DNA from: an uncultured delta proteobacterium
Lineage (GTDB): Bacteria; Desulfobacterota; Desulfobacteria; Desulfobacterales; QNYZ01
DNA length: 48,986 bases
Reading direction: 5' to 3'
Assembly (NCBI GenBank): GCA_963845145.1
Contig: CAWJQU010000007.1
Span: 1 to 48,986 of the forward strand
Translations under genes and position numbers: made by a program
The notes under the pieces: generated by a model
Told to the model about the DNA's origin: nothing
What the model saw: the letters and a program-made list of their open reading frames with translations, nothing else
The model's database searches: none
Shown: positions 1 through 10,303 of the stretch, one piece after another
Position numbering within the stretch: the stretch's first letter is position 1
Layout of the letters: the number at the start of each line of letters is the position of its first letter

Positions 1-140
1 ATCCAAGCCCGGTTCCTTATCATGAGGGAGCCATACGTTATTACAAGGAAGCAGGTGTGTGGACATCTGAGATGGATAAATGGCAGGCAGAGCAGGTAAA
101 AAGTTTCGAGAAGCGTCAAGCGGCCTTTAAAGCAAAATAA
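1..140 (+). CDS. 3' end of TAXI-family TRAP transporter solute-binding protein (partial)
   Basis: Frame 3 reads PSPVPYHEGAIRYYKEAGVWTSEMDKWQ...FKAK*, matching the typical TAXI C-terminal motif (PxHxGAxxYYxExG); it lies directly upstream of a TRAP fused permease. Confidence 0.8.
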   Translation, partial: PSPVPYHEGAIRYYKEAGVWTSEMDKWQAEQVKSFEKRQAAFKAK

Positions 141-153
141 TTTGTCTATTATC

Positions 154-189
154 GATGGGGGTTGGAAAACATTTTATCCAGCCCCCATC
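154..189 (+). terminator. Stem-loop between solute-binding and permease genes (terminator or mRNA stabiliser)
   Basis: GATGGGGGTTGGA ... TCCAGCCCCCATC inverted repeat with one G-U pair, just after the TAA at 140. Confidence 0.55.
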
Positions 190-259
190 AAATTAATTGT
201 TTTGATTCATTTTTGCTATATGGTGTGTCTTTATCAGCAAAACAGAAGGACTCTAATTT

Positions 260-2159
260 ATGACCAAAAAGCTCGAAGGTGCATCACAATTGAAACCTAC
301 CGCCAGATACCGAGAATTGAAGGGAATTCCGAGACTCTATTTTCGAGGTTTTACAGCTGTTTGTATAATTCTCTCATTTTTTTTTGTTTTTAAGATTGTC
401 ATTTTCAACTATGTGATGCCGGAGATGTCCTATTTTTCAATTTTGGTTGCAGCATTTTTGTCTTTTACGTTCTTGATTTTCCCCACTTTTCAAAGACCCC
501 TGCCGACGAGTCCCATTAAAATATTTTTTGGCCATAGCTAACTTTTAGCCCAAATCTTCCTCATAACTTACAATCTGGAAATAATTCCGAAAAAGATTGT
601 CGGAGGTAAGCCTTTTTGCTCGGAAAAGTCCTGGCTTTAATCATTTGGGCCCTAACAATTGAAGCTGTTCGCAGGGCGGGAGGAACCCTATTGGCCATCG
701 TGGTGCTAATAATTTCTTCATACCCACTGTTTGCACACATTTGCCCTGGCATACTCATGGCAAAACAGTATAGCCTATCGCGCATCCTGGGATTTCATTT
801 TTTAGGTGTGCAGAGTATTTACGCCTTGGAATACAAGGTTTTCGACTCGATTGCTTATGGGATATATGATCTTTGCCGTGGCACTTCAAACAACCGGTTA
901 TTCAAAGCTTCTTTATCAAATTCTCCCTATCTCTTGATCATATCACAGCCAGCCAAGAATCCAATCTCAAGTCCTATTTGCTCCATCCCAGCCATGCGCC
1001 ACTGCCAATGTCGTTACCACGGGCGCGATCACCATTCCGACCATGAAGCGTATGGGGTATCCATCTTATTATGCTGGGGCTTTGGAGGCCTACCTCTGAA
1101 GGAAAATGTTATGCCTCAGGTGATGGGGGTTCTTGCGTCTCATGGCTCATTTCCTTATGATATCTTGTGCAGAAGTTGCTGTCGCTTCAGCACTACCGGT
1201 TCTTCTTTATTGGATCTCCCTTTTCACTCAAACCGATTTTTATGCCGCCAAAGCTGGTCTCCGGGGACTCCCAAAAGAAGACCTGCCGCCTTTGTTAGGG
1301 ACGTTAAAAGAGGGTTGGTTTTATCTTCCAGCATAGCCGTCTTAATTTATTTCATTTTTTTTCTCAGGCTTGAGGCCATGGCGCCGTACTACGCAACCGT
1401 GGTTCTTCTTCTTTTGGCGAAATTCCGAAAGCAGACGCGGCTAAACTTAAAATCAATTTTAAATCTAACGGATGGCACCGGGAAAATATTGACGGAGTTG
1501 ATGGGCATTATGATCGGGGTGGGCATGATCATCGGGGCCCTTCGCTGACTGGACCACACGGATTTTCCGGTTATTCACTAGAATCGGTGGAGATCACCTT
1601 ATTTTATTGCTGGCCCTGGGCGCAGTCACAAGCTTCTTATTGGGTATCGGCCTTACAATATCAGCATGTTATATCTTTTTGGCTATGTTCCTAGCCCAAC
1701 TTTGGTTAATCTTGGTATAAATGAGATGTCAGCACATCTATTTCTGGTTTATTGGGGTTCGGTTTCATATATTACACCACCGGTGGCATTGGCCGCCTAC
1801 GCAGCAGCGAGCATTGCCCAAGCGAATCCACTTAAAACAGGGTTTCAGGCTGTAAAATTAGGTTTTGTTTCTTGCTCGTTCCCTTTTTCTTTGTTTACAA
1901 TCCGAGCCTGGTAGGTCAGGGAACGATTGTAGAGATCTTTACGGCTATGTCGACGGCAGCTTTAGGAATTGTTTTATTATGTGCAGGATTTGAAGGCTAT
2001 TGTTTTTTCCTTAAAAGAATTTCTTGGCCTATTCGTGGCGTTTTTATGTTTGGCGGATTTCTTATATTTCACCCCAAGGCCATAACCGACCTAATCGGAG
2101 TAGGCGTAATAATCGTTGCAATCATCATGCACTATGGACTCAAGCGCAAATTTTCATAA
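260..2159 (+). CDS. TRAP transporter 4TM/12TM fused permease (DctM-like), multiply frameshifted
   Basis: ORF pieces 260-541, 616-1548, 1133-1336, 1666-1914 and 1872-2159 carry LxIEAVRRAGG, SAHLFLVYWGSVSYITPPVALAAYAAASIAQANPLKTG and LVPFFFVYNPSL, which are hallmark TRAP 4TM/12TM motifs. Confidence 0.85.
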
Positions 2160-2210
2160 TCCATCCCTTTCGGGATACTTGGCCGCCTGTTACAATTGCT
2201 CGTTACTATA

Positions 2211-3179
2211 ATGATTTCCGAAATTTACAAAAACATCTTTTGCCTAAAAATTCCTTTGCCAAACAGTGCATTAAAGGTAGTAAATGTCTATGTTATCCAC
2301 GCTCAACCACGTTCGCTGATCATCGATACCGGGTTAAACCGGAAGGTTTGCGAAAGCGCATTTTATTTCTGTTTATCCCGTCTCAATTTGGATTTGAAAA
2401 AGATTGACTTTTTCATAACACATTTTCATGCTGATCATTCTGGGCTTCTATCCAGATTAAATATCACTGATTCAGTCGTTTATATGAGTAAACCAGATGC
2501 CGATAATTACAGTAACACACAATATTGGTCATCTGTATTTACTGCCGCGCTGTTGAATGGCTTTCCGGAAGATAAAATTTATAAAGCTATCACAGACCAT
2601 CCTGGAAACAGGTATCGCAAACCTTCAAATCTTGATTATACCGCCGTATCCGAAGGAACCCATCTGAGTGCTGGTGAGTTTGAATTTTTCTGTATTGAAA
2701 CTCCCGGACATACAAGCGGCCATTTATGCCTCTATGAGCCAAAGCGGGAAATACTGCTGTCCGGTGATCTTATCTTGGATAAGATCACACCTACCATTCA
2801 AACATGGTGCAAAGATGACAATCCATTACATGATTATCGATCAAGTTTGGAAAAGATTCTGAATTATTCCATTCAACTGCTTCTGCCCGGGCATGGTCTT
2901 GCGATCCAAAATGTTAAGAAGCGCATCAGAGATATCAATTCACACCATGATGATAGATGCCAGGAGATTGTGACTCTTTTGGCTGGCTGTGAATTAAGCG
3001 CTTACTGTATAGCTTCAAAACTGCGCTGGAATGCAGCTTGGCCTGAATGGGATCGGTTCCCATATTGGCATCAGCTCCTTGCCACCGGCGAAACCTTGGC
3101 TCACTTGAATTATTTATGCCACCGAAAGGTCGTGAATCAGTGTGAAAAGGATGGGTATTCTTATTTTCAACTAAATTAA
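2211..3179 (+). CDS. MBL-fold metallo-hydrolase with C-terminal wHTH-like domain
   Basis: IIDTG, THFHADH, TPGHTSGH, SGDLIL and LPGHG motifs; ATG at 2211 is the likely start (the ORF opens at 2196). Confidence 0.88.
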   Translation: MISEIYKNIFCLKIPLPNSALKVVNVYVIHAQPRSLIIDTGLNRKVCESAFYFCLSRLNLDLKKIDFFITHFHADHSGLLSRLNITDSVVYMSKPDADNYSNTQYWSSVFTAALLNGFPEDKIYKAITDHPGNRYRKPSNLDYTAVSEGTHLSAGEFEFFCIETPGHTSGHLCLYEPKREILLSGDLILDKITPTIQTWCKDDNPLHDYRSSLEKILNYSIQLLLPGHGLAIQNVKKRIRDINSHHDDRCQEIVTLLAGCELSAYCIASKLRWNAAWPEWDRFPYWHQLLATGETLAHLNYLCHRKVVNQCEKDGYSYFQLN

Positions 3180-3308
3180 TTCACCTAACTATCCTAAAAC
3201 TAAAAATATCATCCACATCTGACCCACTGATAAGTTGGAGAAACCGGGAAATTCAAGATTCCAGGTGCCAAGCCCATTTTCAACATAAATATACTCGATC
3301 ACCGCATG

Positions 3309-5789
3309 CTAATTATCCTTTATCACTTTCACCGGCTTTGCGTGCCATATATCTCGGTTGTATTCGGCAATGGTTCTATCCGATGAAAATCGACCCATGC
3401 GGGCCACATTGATAATTGACTTGCGTGTCCACGCTTCCATATTACGATAGTCGTTGTCGATTTGCATTTGGGCGTCATGATAGGCCGCGAAGTCGTTCAA
3501 AATCCGATAACGATCCGCATTCAGCAGGTCATCGATGAGTCCGCCGAAAAGATCGGGGGCGCCGGTATTAAAGAAGCCGCGGCGGATAAGATCGACGGCT
3601 TCTCTTAACACGGGGTCTTTGGTGTAGAATTCGCGAGGATGGTAAGGGGTGCCTGCGGAAACCTCTTCGGCGGTCAACCCGAAGATATAGATGTTTTCCG
3701 CGCCCACGGCTTCTTTGATCTCGACATTGGCGCCGTCCAGAGTGCCGACAGTCAGTGCGCCGTTTAAGGCGAATTTCATATTGGAGGTGCCGGAAGCCTC
3801 GAAGCCGGCCGTGGAAATCTGCTCGGAGACATCAGCCGCCGGGAAAATGCGCTCAGCCAGGGAGACCCGGTAGTTGGGCAGGAAAACGACCTTGATGCGA
3901 TCGTTGGTCATACGGTCAAGGTTGATGGTGGATGAGACATGGCAGATAAGTGAAATGATCGTTTTTGCGGTGAAATATCCAGGCGCAGCTTTGCCGCCGA
4001 AGAAGAAGGTCCGTGGGGCCATATCGAATGCCGAATCGTTTTTTAGCTTCAGCCAGCAGTAGACCACATGGAGAATGTTCATCAGTTGGCGTTTGTACTC
4101 ATGAATCCGCTTGACCTGAATGTCGAAGATGGAATCGGGATCGAGCTTAATACCGGTCAGATCCTGAGTGATCGTCGCCAGGGTGGCCTTGTTGGCGGAT
4201 TTGATTGTTTGCCATTTTTTTCTGAACGCGGCATCCTCGGCCAAGGGTTCGATCTTTTTGAGTTGATCCAGGTCAAGTGCCCATTTGTCGGTGATGTGCT
4301 TGCTGATAAGTGTCGCCAGGTCGGGATTGCAAGCTAACAGCCAACGCCTTGGGGTGACACCGTTGGTTTTGTTATTGAAACGGCCGGGGAAAAATTCAAC
4401 AAAATCTTTAAAGACGTTTTTTTGTAGAAGCTGGCTGTGCAGCTCGGCTACACCGTTGACCGAGTATGACCCCACGATGGCCAGATGCGCCATGCGGATC
4501 TTTTTATCCGCGCCTTCTTCGATCATTGACATTCGGTTAAGCAGCTCACCATCGCCCACATACCGAATGGATACATCTCGCAGAAAACGCCGGTTGATTT
4601 CGTATATAATCATCAGATGGCGGGGGAGAAGTTTTTCGAACATGGCCACCGGCCATTTTTCAAGAGCCTCGCTCAAAAGCGTATGGTTGGTGTAGGCACA
4701 GGTATGTCGGGTAATATCCCAGGCCTTTTCCCAGCCCAGACCATGCTCATCCATCAGAATACGCATTAATTCGGCTATCGCCAGAGAAGGGTGGGTATCG
4801 TTTAATTGAATGGCCGCTTTGTCGGGCAGTTTATCAAAGCTCTTGTGTGCGGTGAGGTACCGTCTGAGAATATCCTGGATTGAACAGGATACAAAAAAGT
4901 ATTGCTGTTTAAGGCGTAGTTCCCGACCAGCATAGATCGAGTCATTGGGATAAAGTACTTTGGAAATATTTTCAGAAATATTTTTTTCTTCAACGGCCTT
5001 TAGATAATCTCCGTCCTGAAAATAGTTTAGATCAAATTCGTTTGAGGCACGGGCCGACCAAAGGCGTAGGGTGTTGACCGTATTATTTCCATAACCATCT
5101 ACAGGTACGTCATAGGCAATTCCGATGACATCGCGCGTATCCACCCATTTTGTTTCAAGGGTTTGATCGATACGTCGTTTTTGACTGACCCGGCCGTAAA
5201 ATTTTACGGGGTAGCTGTATTCTGGGCGCGCGACTTCCCACGGGTTGCCATACTTCAGCCATAGCTCCGGCTTTTCGATCTGTTTTTTTTCATGAATAAT
5301 CTGATCGAATATGCCGAACTCGTACCGAATGCCATAGCCGTGGGCGGGTATTTCCAGGGCCGCCATCGAGTCTAAGAAGCAGGCCGCCAAACGACCCAGC
5401 CCACCATTTCCCAGCCCCATGTCGGGTTCCATCTCCGCCAAGTCGGACAGGTCGATATTCAAAGCGGCCATGGCCTTCTTGGTTTCGTCGTACATACCCA
5501 AGTTGATCAACGTGTTGATCAATGCCCTGCCCATCAGGTACTCCGCTGAAAGGTAGTAAACCCTTTTTACATCCAGATCGTGGTACATCTGCTGGGTGCG
5601 AATCCACCGTTCGATCATTCGGTCGCGGGCGGCAAGGGCCAGGGAATGATACAAGTCTCGGAATGTGGCGGTATACTGGTCTTTGGAAAGCGAATATTCA
5701 AGGTGATTGGCAAATGACAGTTGAATGCTGTCAGGGTCCATTCCCTTTTTGAATGTTCCCCAGTTTTTAAACAAGATGCTGTTTTTCAT
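3309..5789 (-). CDS. glgP: Glycogen/starch phosphorylase
   Basis: GLGNGGLGRLAACF, ELRLKQQYFF, IQLNDTHP, KRIHEYKRQ and the PLP-lysine motif EASGTSNMKF. Confidence 0.97.
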   Translation of the reverse strand: MKNSILFKNWGTFKKGMDPDSIQLSFANHLEYSLSKDQYTATFRDLYHSLALAARDRMIERWIRTQQMYHDLDVKRVYYLSAEYLMGRALINTLINLGMYDETKKAMAALNIDLSDLAEMEPDMGLGNGGLGRLAACFLDSMAALEIPAHGYGIRYEFGIFDQIIHEKKQIEKPELWLKYGNPWEVARPEYSYPVKFYGRVSQKRRIDQTLETKWVDTRDVIGIAYDVPVDGYGNNTVNTLRLWSARASNEFDLNYFQDGDYLKAVEEKNISENISKVLYPNDSIYAGRELRLKQQYFFVSCSIQDILRRYLTAHKSFDKLPDKAAIQLNDTHPSLAIAELMRILMDEHGLGWEKAWDITRHTCAYTNHTLLSEALEKWPVAMFEKLLPRHLMIIYEINRRFLRDVSIRYVGDGELLNRMSMIEEGADKKIRMAHLAIVGSYSVNGVAELHSQLLQKNVFKDFVEFFPGRFNNKTNGVTPRRWLLACNPDLATLISKHITDKWALDLDQLKKIEPLAEDAAFRKKWQTIKSANKATLATITQDLTGIKLDPDSIFDIQVKRIHEYKRQLMNILHVVYCWLKLKNDSAFDMAPRTFFFGGKAAPGYFTAKTIISLICHVSSTINLDRMTNDRIKVVFLPNYRVSLAERIFPAADVSEQISTAGFEASGTSNMKFALNGALTVGTLDGANVEIKEAVGAENIYIFGLTAEEVSAGTPYHPREFYTKDPVLREAVDLIRRGFFNTGAPDLFGGLIDDLLNADRYRILNDFAAYHDAQMQIDNDYRNMEAWTRKSIINVARMGRFSSDRTIAEYNRDIWHAKPVKVIKDN

Positions 5790-5831
5790 GACAGGTACAC
5801 TCCGTTTAGTTGATATACATGTGACAATCTC

Positions 5832-7298
5832 TTATCCTTTAACTTTGGGCGAATCGGTATGGGTTAAATCGGCCAAGACCTTGCGGTCTTTGGGATCAAC
5901 AAAGGTGATGCGAAAGGTGTGAATGATGCCCTGGGTCGCTTTTTGAACGGAAGTGACTTTGGCATAGATATCGTTAAAACAGTGGACGTCGGTACAGAAT
6001 TCGAATGTCATTTTTATATCAGTTAACGGGGGCAATTCTTTTTCTACAGTTGCGGTAATATGTGTCTCATTGATGGAGAGGGTCTCTCCGTTTACGAAAT
6101 CCGGCAGGACGACCTTGTCCTTGACGGTCCAACATTTAAATGAAATCCGAATGAGGGTCTGGTCCTGCGGACGGTATATGTCGGCGATGGATAGATTAAA
6201 TGGCGCACCGATCTGAGTTACCGGGTAGCCGATAAGGGGTTTGCGAATGCCTTTCATCATGATGCTAAAAGGTGGATCGGTGTCGACCAGATGCTTAACC
6301 AGACGGTAGGTTGATTCGCCGATGACGACCTGTCCCCCTGTCGTCTGGGATTCCAGGCGTGAGGCGATGTTCACCGTCGTTCCAATAACACTGTACTTCA
6401 TACGTGTTTCGGATCCGATGTTGCCCATAATCACCTCGCCGGTTTCGATTCCGACGCCCATCTCAAAGGGTGGAATACCTTCTTCGGCATTTTCCCGGTT
6501 GAATTCATACAGGGCTTTTTGCATAGCCAGCGCACAGGCCACAGCGCGAGCGGGGTCGTCATCGTGTTTTTCCGGTGCCCCGAAAATCGCCAGGATAGCA
6601 TCGCCGATGAAATCATCGATCGTGCCTTCATGGGTATGAATAACTTCAGACATTCGGTCAAGGTACAGGTTGAGCAGGCGAACAAGGTCTTCAGGTTTGT
6701 GGGTTTCGGAAAGGCCGGTAAAGCCCCTTAAATCGGACATAAGGACCGTGGTTGTTTCTCGCCGCCCGCCGATTTTACGGCCCTGGGGGGATTCCAGAAT
6801 TTCATCCACCACTTTCTTGGGCATGTATCGCCCGAAGGTATCCCGGATAAAATTGGCCAGCTGTAACCGTTCCCCGGAGACCTTTAAAATCGAATCAAGC
6901 ATTTTTGATCGGGTAGAGGCGATTTCCCTGATTTCTCTCGGGGTGTCGTCGGTCAACGATATGGTACTGACTTGGGATTCGTCTTCCATGAAACGGCGAT
7001 TCTCCAAGGCGATGGTCTCCAAGGGCGTGATGATTTTTTTATCCAGAAACCGACGCAGGGTGATCATCATAAAGGCCAAAATAATGGAGATTAGGATAAT
7101 GATTCGCACGGCAAACCAGAAAAGCATGGCCAGGTTGTGGCCTTCGGTAAAATAGCGTGCGCCTAAGGACCAGACCAATAATATGGCTTCAATGAGCAAG
7201 ATCCGCCAGAAAACACCGGAAAGCAAAATTCGACGGACGCTGTTTTGTTCCGAAGCGGGTGCGGAGGCGTTTATTTTTTTTTGGCGATTAATTTTCAT
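5832..7298 (-). CDS. Membrane-anchored class III adenylate/guanylate cyclase (2 TM, HAMP-like linker, catalytic domain, C-terminal beta domain)
   Basis: TFGRY, TVLMSDLRGFT, GTIDDFIGDAILAIFGAP and GNIGSETRMKYSVIGTTVNIASRLES; two N-terminal hydrophobic helices. Confidence 0.92.
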   Translation of the reverse strand: MKINRQKKINASAPASEQNSVRRILLSGVFWRILLIEAILLVWSLGARYFTEGHNLAMLFWFAVRIIILISIILAFMMITLRRFLDKKIITPLETIALENRRFMEDESQVSTISLTDDTPREIREIASTRSKMLDSILKVSGERLQLANFIRDTFGRYMPKKVVDEILESPQGRKIGGRRETTTVLMSDLRGFTGLSETHKPEDLVRLLNLYLDRMSEVIHTHEGTIDDFIGDAILAIFGAPEKHDDDPARAVACALAMQKALYEFNRENAEEGIPPFEMGVGIETGEVIMGNIGSETRMKYSVIGTTVNIASRLESQTTGGQVVIGESTYRLVKHLVDTDPPFSIMMKGIRKPLIGYPVTQIGAPFNLSIADIYRPQDQTLIRISFKCWTVKDKVVLPDFVNGETLSINETHITATVEKELPPLTDIKMTFEFCTDVHCFNDIYAKVTSVQKATQGIIHTFRITFVDPKDRKVLADLTHTDSPKVKG

Positions 7299-7352
7299 GA
7301 TAGTTATCAGATGAGGTTTGGCTAACTGAATTTGCTTTCTAACATAACACCA

Positions 7353-8393
7353 TTAACCTGCATTAAAACATGCCACACTGTGTGTTGCGCTCAGCGCGGT
7401 CATGGATGGGCTGTGGGTACCGCATGAATTCTCATCGGCCCGGCGGCAACGCGGGAAAAAAACACAATAATGATCATTGCCGGGTAGCTTTCGGGGCGTC
7501 GCTAAGAGTGTGTTGTGGAAAGTACAGGCCGAGTCCTTGCAGTAGATCGGTAAAGCATCGAGCAAGGCCATGGTGTATGGGTGTGTCGGGTGTTTAATAA
7601 TCTGTTCCGCTGAGCCTATCTCCACTAAGTTACCGCGGTAAATCACGGCGATGCGATCGCACAAAAAATTGGCTGCAGCCAGACTGTGGGTGATAAATAA
7701 AAAAGTCACCCGAGCTTGCTCTCTTAAAGCCAGGATAATGCGAAAAATTTCATAGGATGTTGTGGCATCGAGCATGGAGGTCGGTTCATCGGCCACAATG
7801 AATTCAGGATCAAGGACCATTGCCCGCGAAATAGCGACACGCTGGCGTTGTCCCCCACTTAATTCATGGGCATACCGTGGAAAAAAGTCCTCCGCAGGGG
7901 TCAACCGAACCGAGGTTAACGCTTGCGCCACGCGCTCACTACGGTCATGATGATTGCCTCGGCGATGAACGATCAAAGGTTCGGCCACGGTGTCGTAAAT
8001 CGAAAGTTGCGGGTTGAGTGATTGGTAGGGGTCCTGGAATATCATCTGGACTTTGGCATGAAAAGCTTTGACCCTCTTTTTTCGAATACGGGTCATATCT
8101 TCGCCATCCAATAAAACTTTTCCCTGACTGGGTGCCTCGAGTTTCACCATTAACCGCCCGGCGGTGGTTTTACCACTGCCGCTTTCGCCTACGAGGCCAA
8201 ATATCTCTCCCTGGCTGATCTGAAAGGAGACATTGTTTAAAGCCACGATTTTTTCTGTCGGCTTTGTTCCAAACATCGACCGCTTCGGTCGGTAGATCTT
8301 ACTGATGCGATCCAACTGGATCACCGGTTGGTTCACGGGTTGGATTACTGGTTGGCTCACTGGGCGGTTCACGGGTTGAGAGGGTTCATTCAT
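7353..8393 (-). CDS. Oligopeptide/dipeptide ABC transporter ATP-binding subunit (OppF/DppF-like)
   Basis: GESGSGKT, QMIFQDPYQSLNP, LSGGQRQR, IVADEP, HPYT and a Cys-rich C-terminal domain. Confidence 0.93.
   Translation of the reverse strand: MNEPSQPVNRPVSQPVIQPVNQPVIQLDRISKIYRPKRSMFGTKPTEKIVALNNVSFQISQGEIFGLVGESGSGKTTAGRLMVKLEAPSQGKVLLDGEDMTRIRKKRVKAFHAKVQMIFQDPYQSLNPQLSIYDTVAEPLIVHRRGNHHDRSERVAQALTSVRLTPAEDFFPRYAHELSGGQRQRVAISRAMVLDPEFIVADEPTSMLDATTSYEIFRIILALREQARVTFLFITHSLAAANFLCDRIAVIYRGNLVEIGSAEQIIKHPTHPYTMALLDALPIYCKDSACTFHNTLLATPRKLPGNDHYCVFFPRCRRADENSCGTHSPSMTALSATHSVACFNAG
8316..8378 (-). repeat. Five degenerate 12-bp in-frame repeats (QPVN/RPVS/QPVI/QPVN/QPVI)
   Basis: Minus strand reads CAACCCGTGAAC CGCCCAGTGAGC CAACCAGTAATC CAACCCGTGAAC CAACCGGTGATC. 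Confidence 0.85.
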
Positions 8394-8402
8394 TCCTATG
8401 TC

Positions 8403-9368
8403 TTAGCTTTCTTTAGCGTTTTTGCAAAATACACGGTGTGAAGACGACCGTTCTACCGATTGATGCCACTGGGTTGTGCGGCAGAGGTCATCGCGGCTCG
8501 GGCAACGAGGAAAAAAAGGGCATTGATCCGATACGTGTTTCCCATCCGTGGTGTGCGGAGGGATGTTGAGGGTTCGATCCGGATCAACAGTCAGGGTCAG
8601 ATTTGATGCGAGCAGCAGTTGGGTATATGGATGCGCCGGTGATTCAAGGATCTCCTTGCAGCTGCCGCTTTCAACCATCCAACCGTCGTACATCACGACG
8701 ATATCGTGGCAGACATCCGCAACAACGGAGATATCGTGGGAGATGAAAACCATGGCAATATCCATGCGCTCCTGAATGCGCCGAATCTCTTTTAATATCT
8801 GATCCTGGACGATGACATCCAAAGCGGTGGTCGGTTCATCGGCAATGAGCAAAATAGGCTCACAAGCCAGCGCCATGGCGATGATCGCCCGTTGCTTCAT
8901 TCCCCCGCTATATTGATGGGGATAATCCCTAAGGCGGGCCTTGGGGATCCCCACCAGGTCAAACAGTTCGGCAACTTTTTCAAAGGCCGTCTGTTTGTCC
9001 ATCTCAGGGCTGTGGGTCAAAAGGGCCTCGGCGATTTGCTTGTCGACACGTTGAACAGGATTGAGTGCATTCATGGCGGCCTGGAAAATCATGGCAATTT
9101 TTTTCCAGCGAATCCTCCGCAACGCCTCGGAAGAAAGCGTTAAAAGATCCTGCCCTTCAAAGAGAATTTTACCGGACAGGATCGACGCATTTTTAGGTAG
9201 CAACCCTAGAAGGGCCATGCCGATGGTCGTTTTACCACAGCCGGATTCGCCGACAAAGCCAAGCGTTTTTCCCCGATCTAAGGAAAACGATACCGAATCA
9301 ACCGCGGTATCCATGCCGTTTTGGTCCTGGTAACCGACCGACAATCGATCTACTTCGAGCAAAGCCAC
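8403..9368 (-). CDS. Oligopeptide/dipeptide ABC transporter ATP-binding subunit (OppD/DppD-like)
   Basis: GESGCGKT, MIFQAAMNALNP, YPHQYSGGMKQR and LIADEPTTALD; the start is probably a GTG/TTG at about 9368-9380 rather than 9425. Confidence 0.93.
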   Translation of the reverse strand: MALLEVDRLSVGYQDQNGMDTAVDSVSFSLDRGKTLGFVGESGCGKTTIGMALLGLLPKNASILSGKILFEGQDLLTLSSEALRRIRWKKIAMIFQAAMNALNPVQRVDKQIAEALLTHSPEMDKQTAFEKVAELFDLVGIPKARLRDYPHQYSGGMKQRAIIAMALACEPILLIADEPTTALDVIVQDQILKEIRRIQERMDIAMVFISHDISVVADVCHDIVVMYDGWMVESGSCKEILESPAHPYTQLLLASNLTLTVDPDRTLNIPPHTTDGKHVSDQCPFFPRCPSRDDLCRTTQWHQSVERSSSHRVFCKNAKES

Positions 9369-9369
9369 T

Positions 9370-10301
9370 TTATTCAACACCTCTTTCTTTCCGTAACCGG
9401 GGATCCAGTACATCATCCATGGCACGCCCCAGCATATAAAATGCCAGCGTAATCAAAGAGATGCAAATCCCAGGCGGTAGCAGCCAATAGGGCGCTTTAA
9501 ACATATGCCCTGTTTTCCAAACCCATTGAAGCATCATGCCCCAGCTTACAGTACCCGGGTCTCCAAATCCCAAAAAGGCCAGGGCCGCTTCGACAATGAT
9601 CGCATAGGTCACCATAAACGTCATATAGAGAAAAGAGAGGGGCAGCACATTGGGCATTATGTGTCTGAAAATAATTCTCAGGTGAGACGCACCCACAACC
9701 CTGGCGGCATCGATAAACGGCCGCTCTTTTAATGACAGGGTTTGCGCGCGAATCACCCGGGCGACGCCGGGCCATTTAAAAAGAGAGATAATTAATACAA
9801 TGATCCAGATATTAAGCTGTCCGAACAAGGACGCTAAAATAAGGATTACCAAAAGTACGGGCAACACCATAAATATGTCTGCAATCCGCATGAGAAGTGT
9901 GTCCGTGAATTTTCCCATATAACCGGAGACCATGCCGATAATCGTACCGATAAATATACTCATAAAGGCTGCGGATACACCCACCATGAAGGCGATTCTA
10001 GCCCCCGCCAGGAGCTGGCTGAATATATCCCGGCCCATGAAATCCGTCCCCAGCCAATGGCTGATGCTGGGCCCGGTTGAATCGTAGATATCGGGATCAA
10101 CGCCGGTCATGGGGTGATACATGGGATCGATATGGGGGGGAAAAAAGAACCGATGGCCATCAGCGTAAAAACAATAAGAAGGAACAGGCCTATTTTGCCC
10201 AGGGGGTTCTCTTTAAATACCATCCAACCATCGAGAAACCGCTGGGTCCGCGTATGTCTTTTTATGATCTTTTTATCTACCAATTGTTGTCGGATTGCCA
10301 T
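9370..10301 (-). CDS. Oligopeptide ABC permease (OppC/DppC-like), one frameshift near 10130-10147
   Basis: HWLGTDFMGRDIFSQL and the EAA-type loop FIDAARVVGASHLRIIFRHIMPN; the N-terminal piece 10107-10301 joins across a G7/A7 homopolymer. Confidence 0.9.
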
Positions 10302-10303
10302 GG

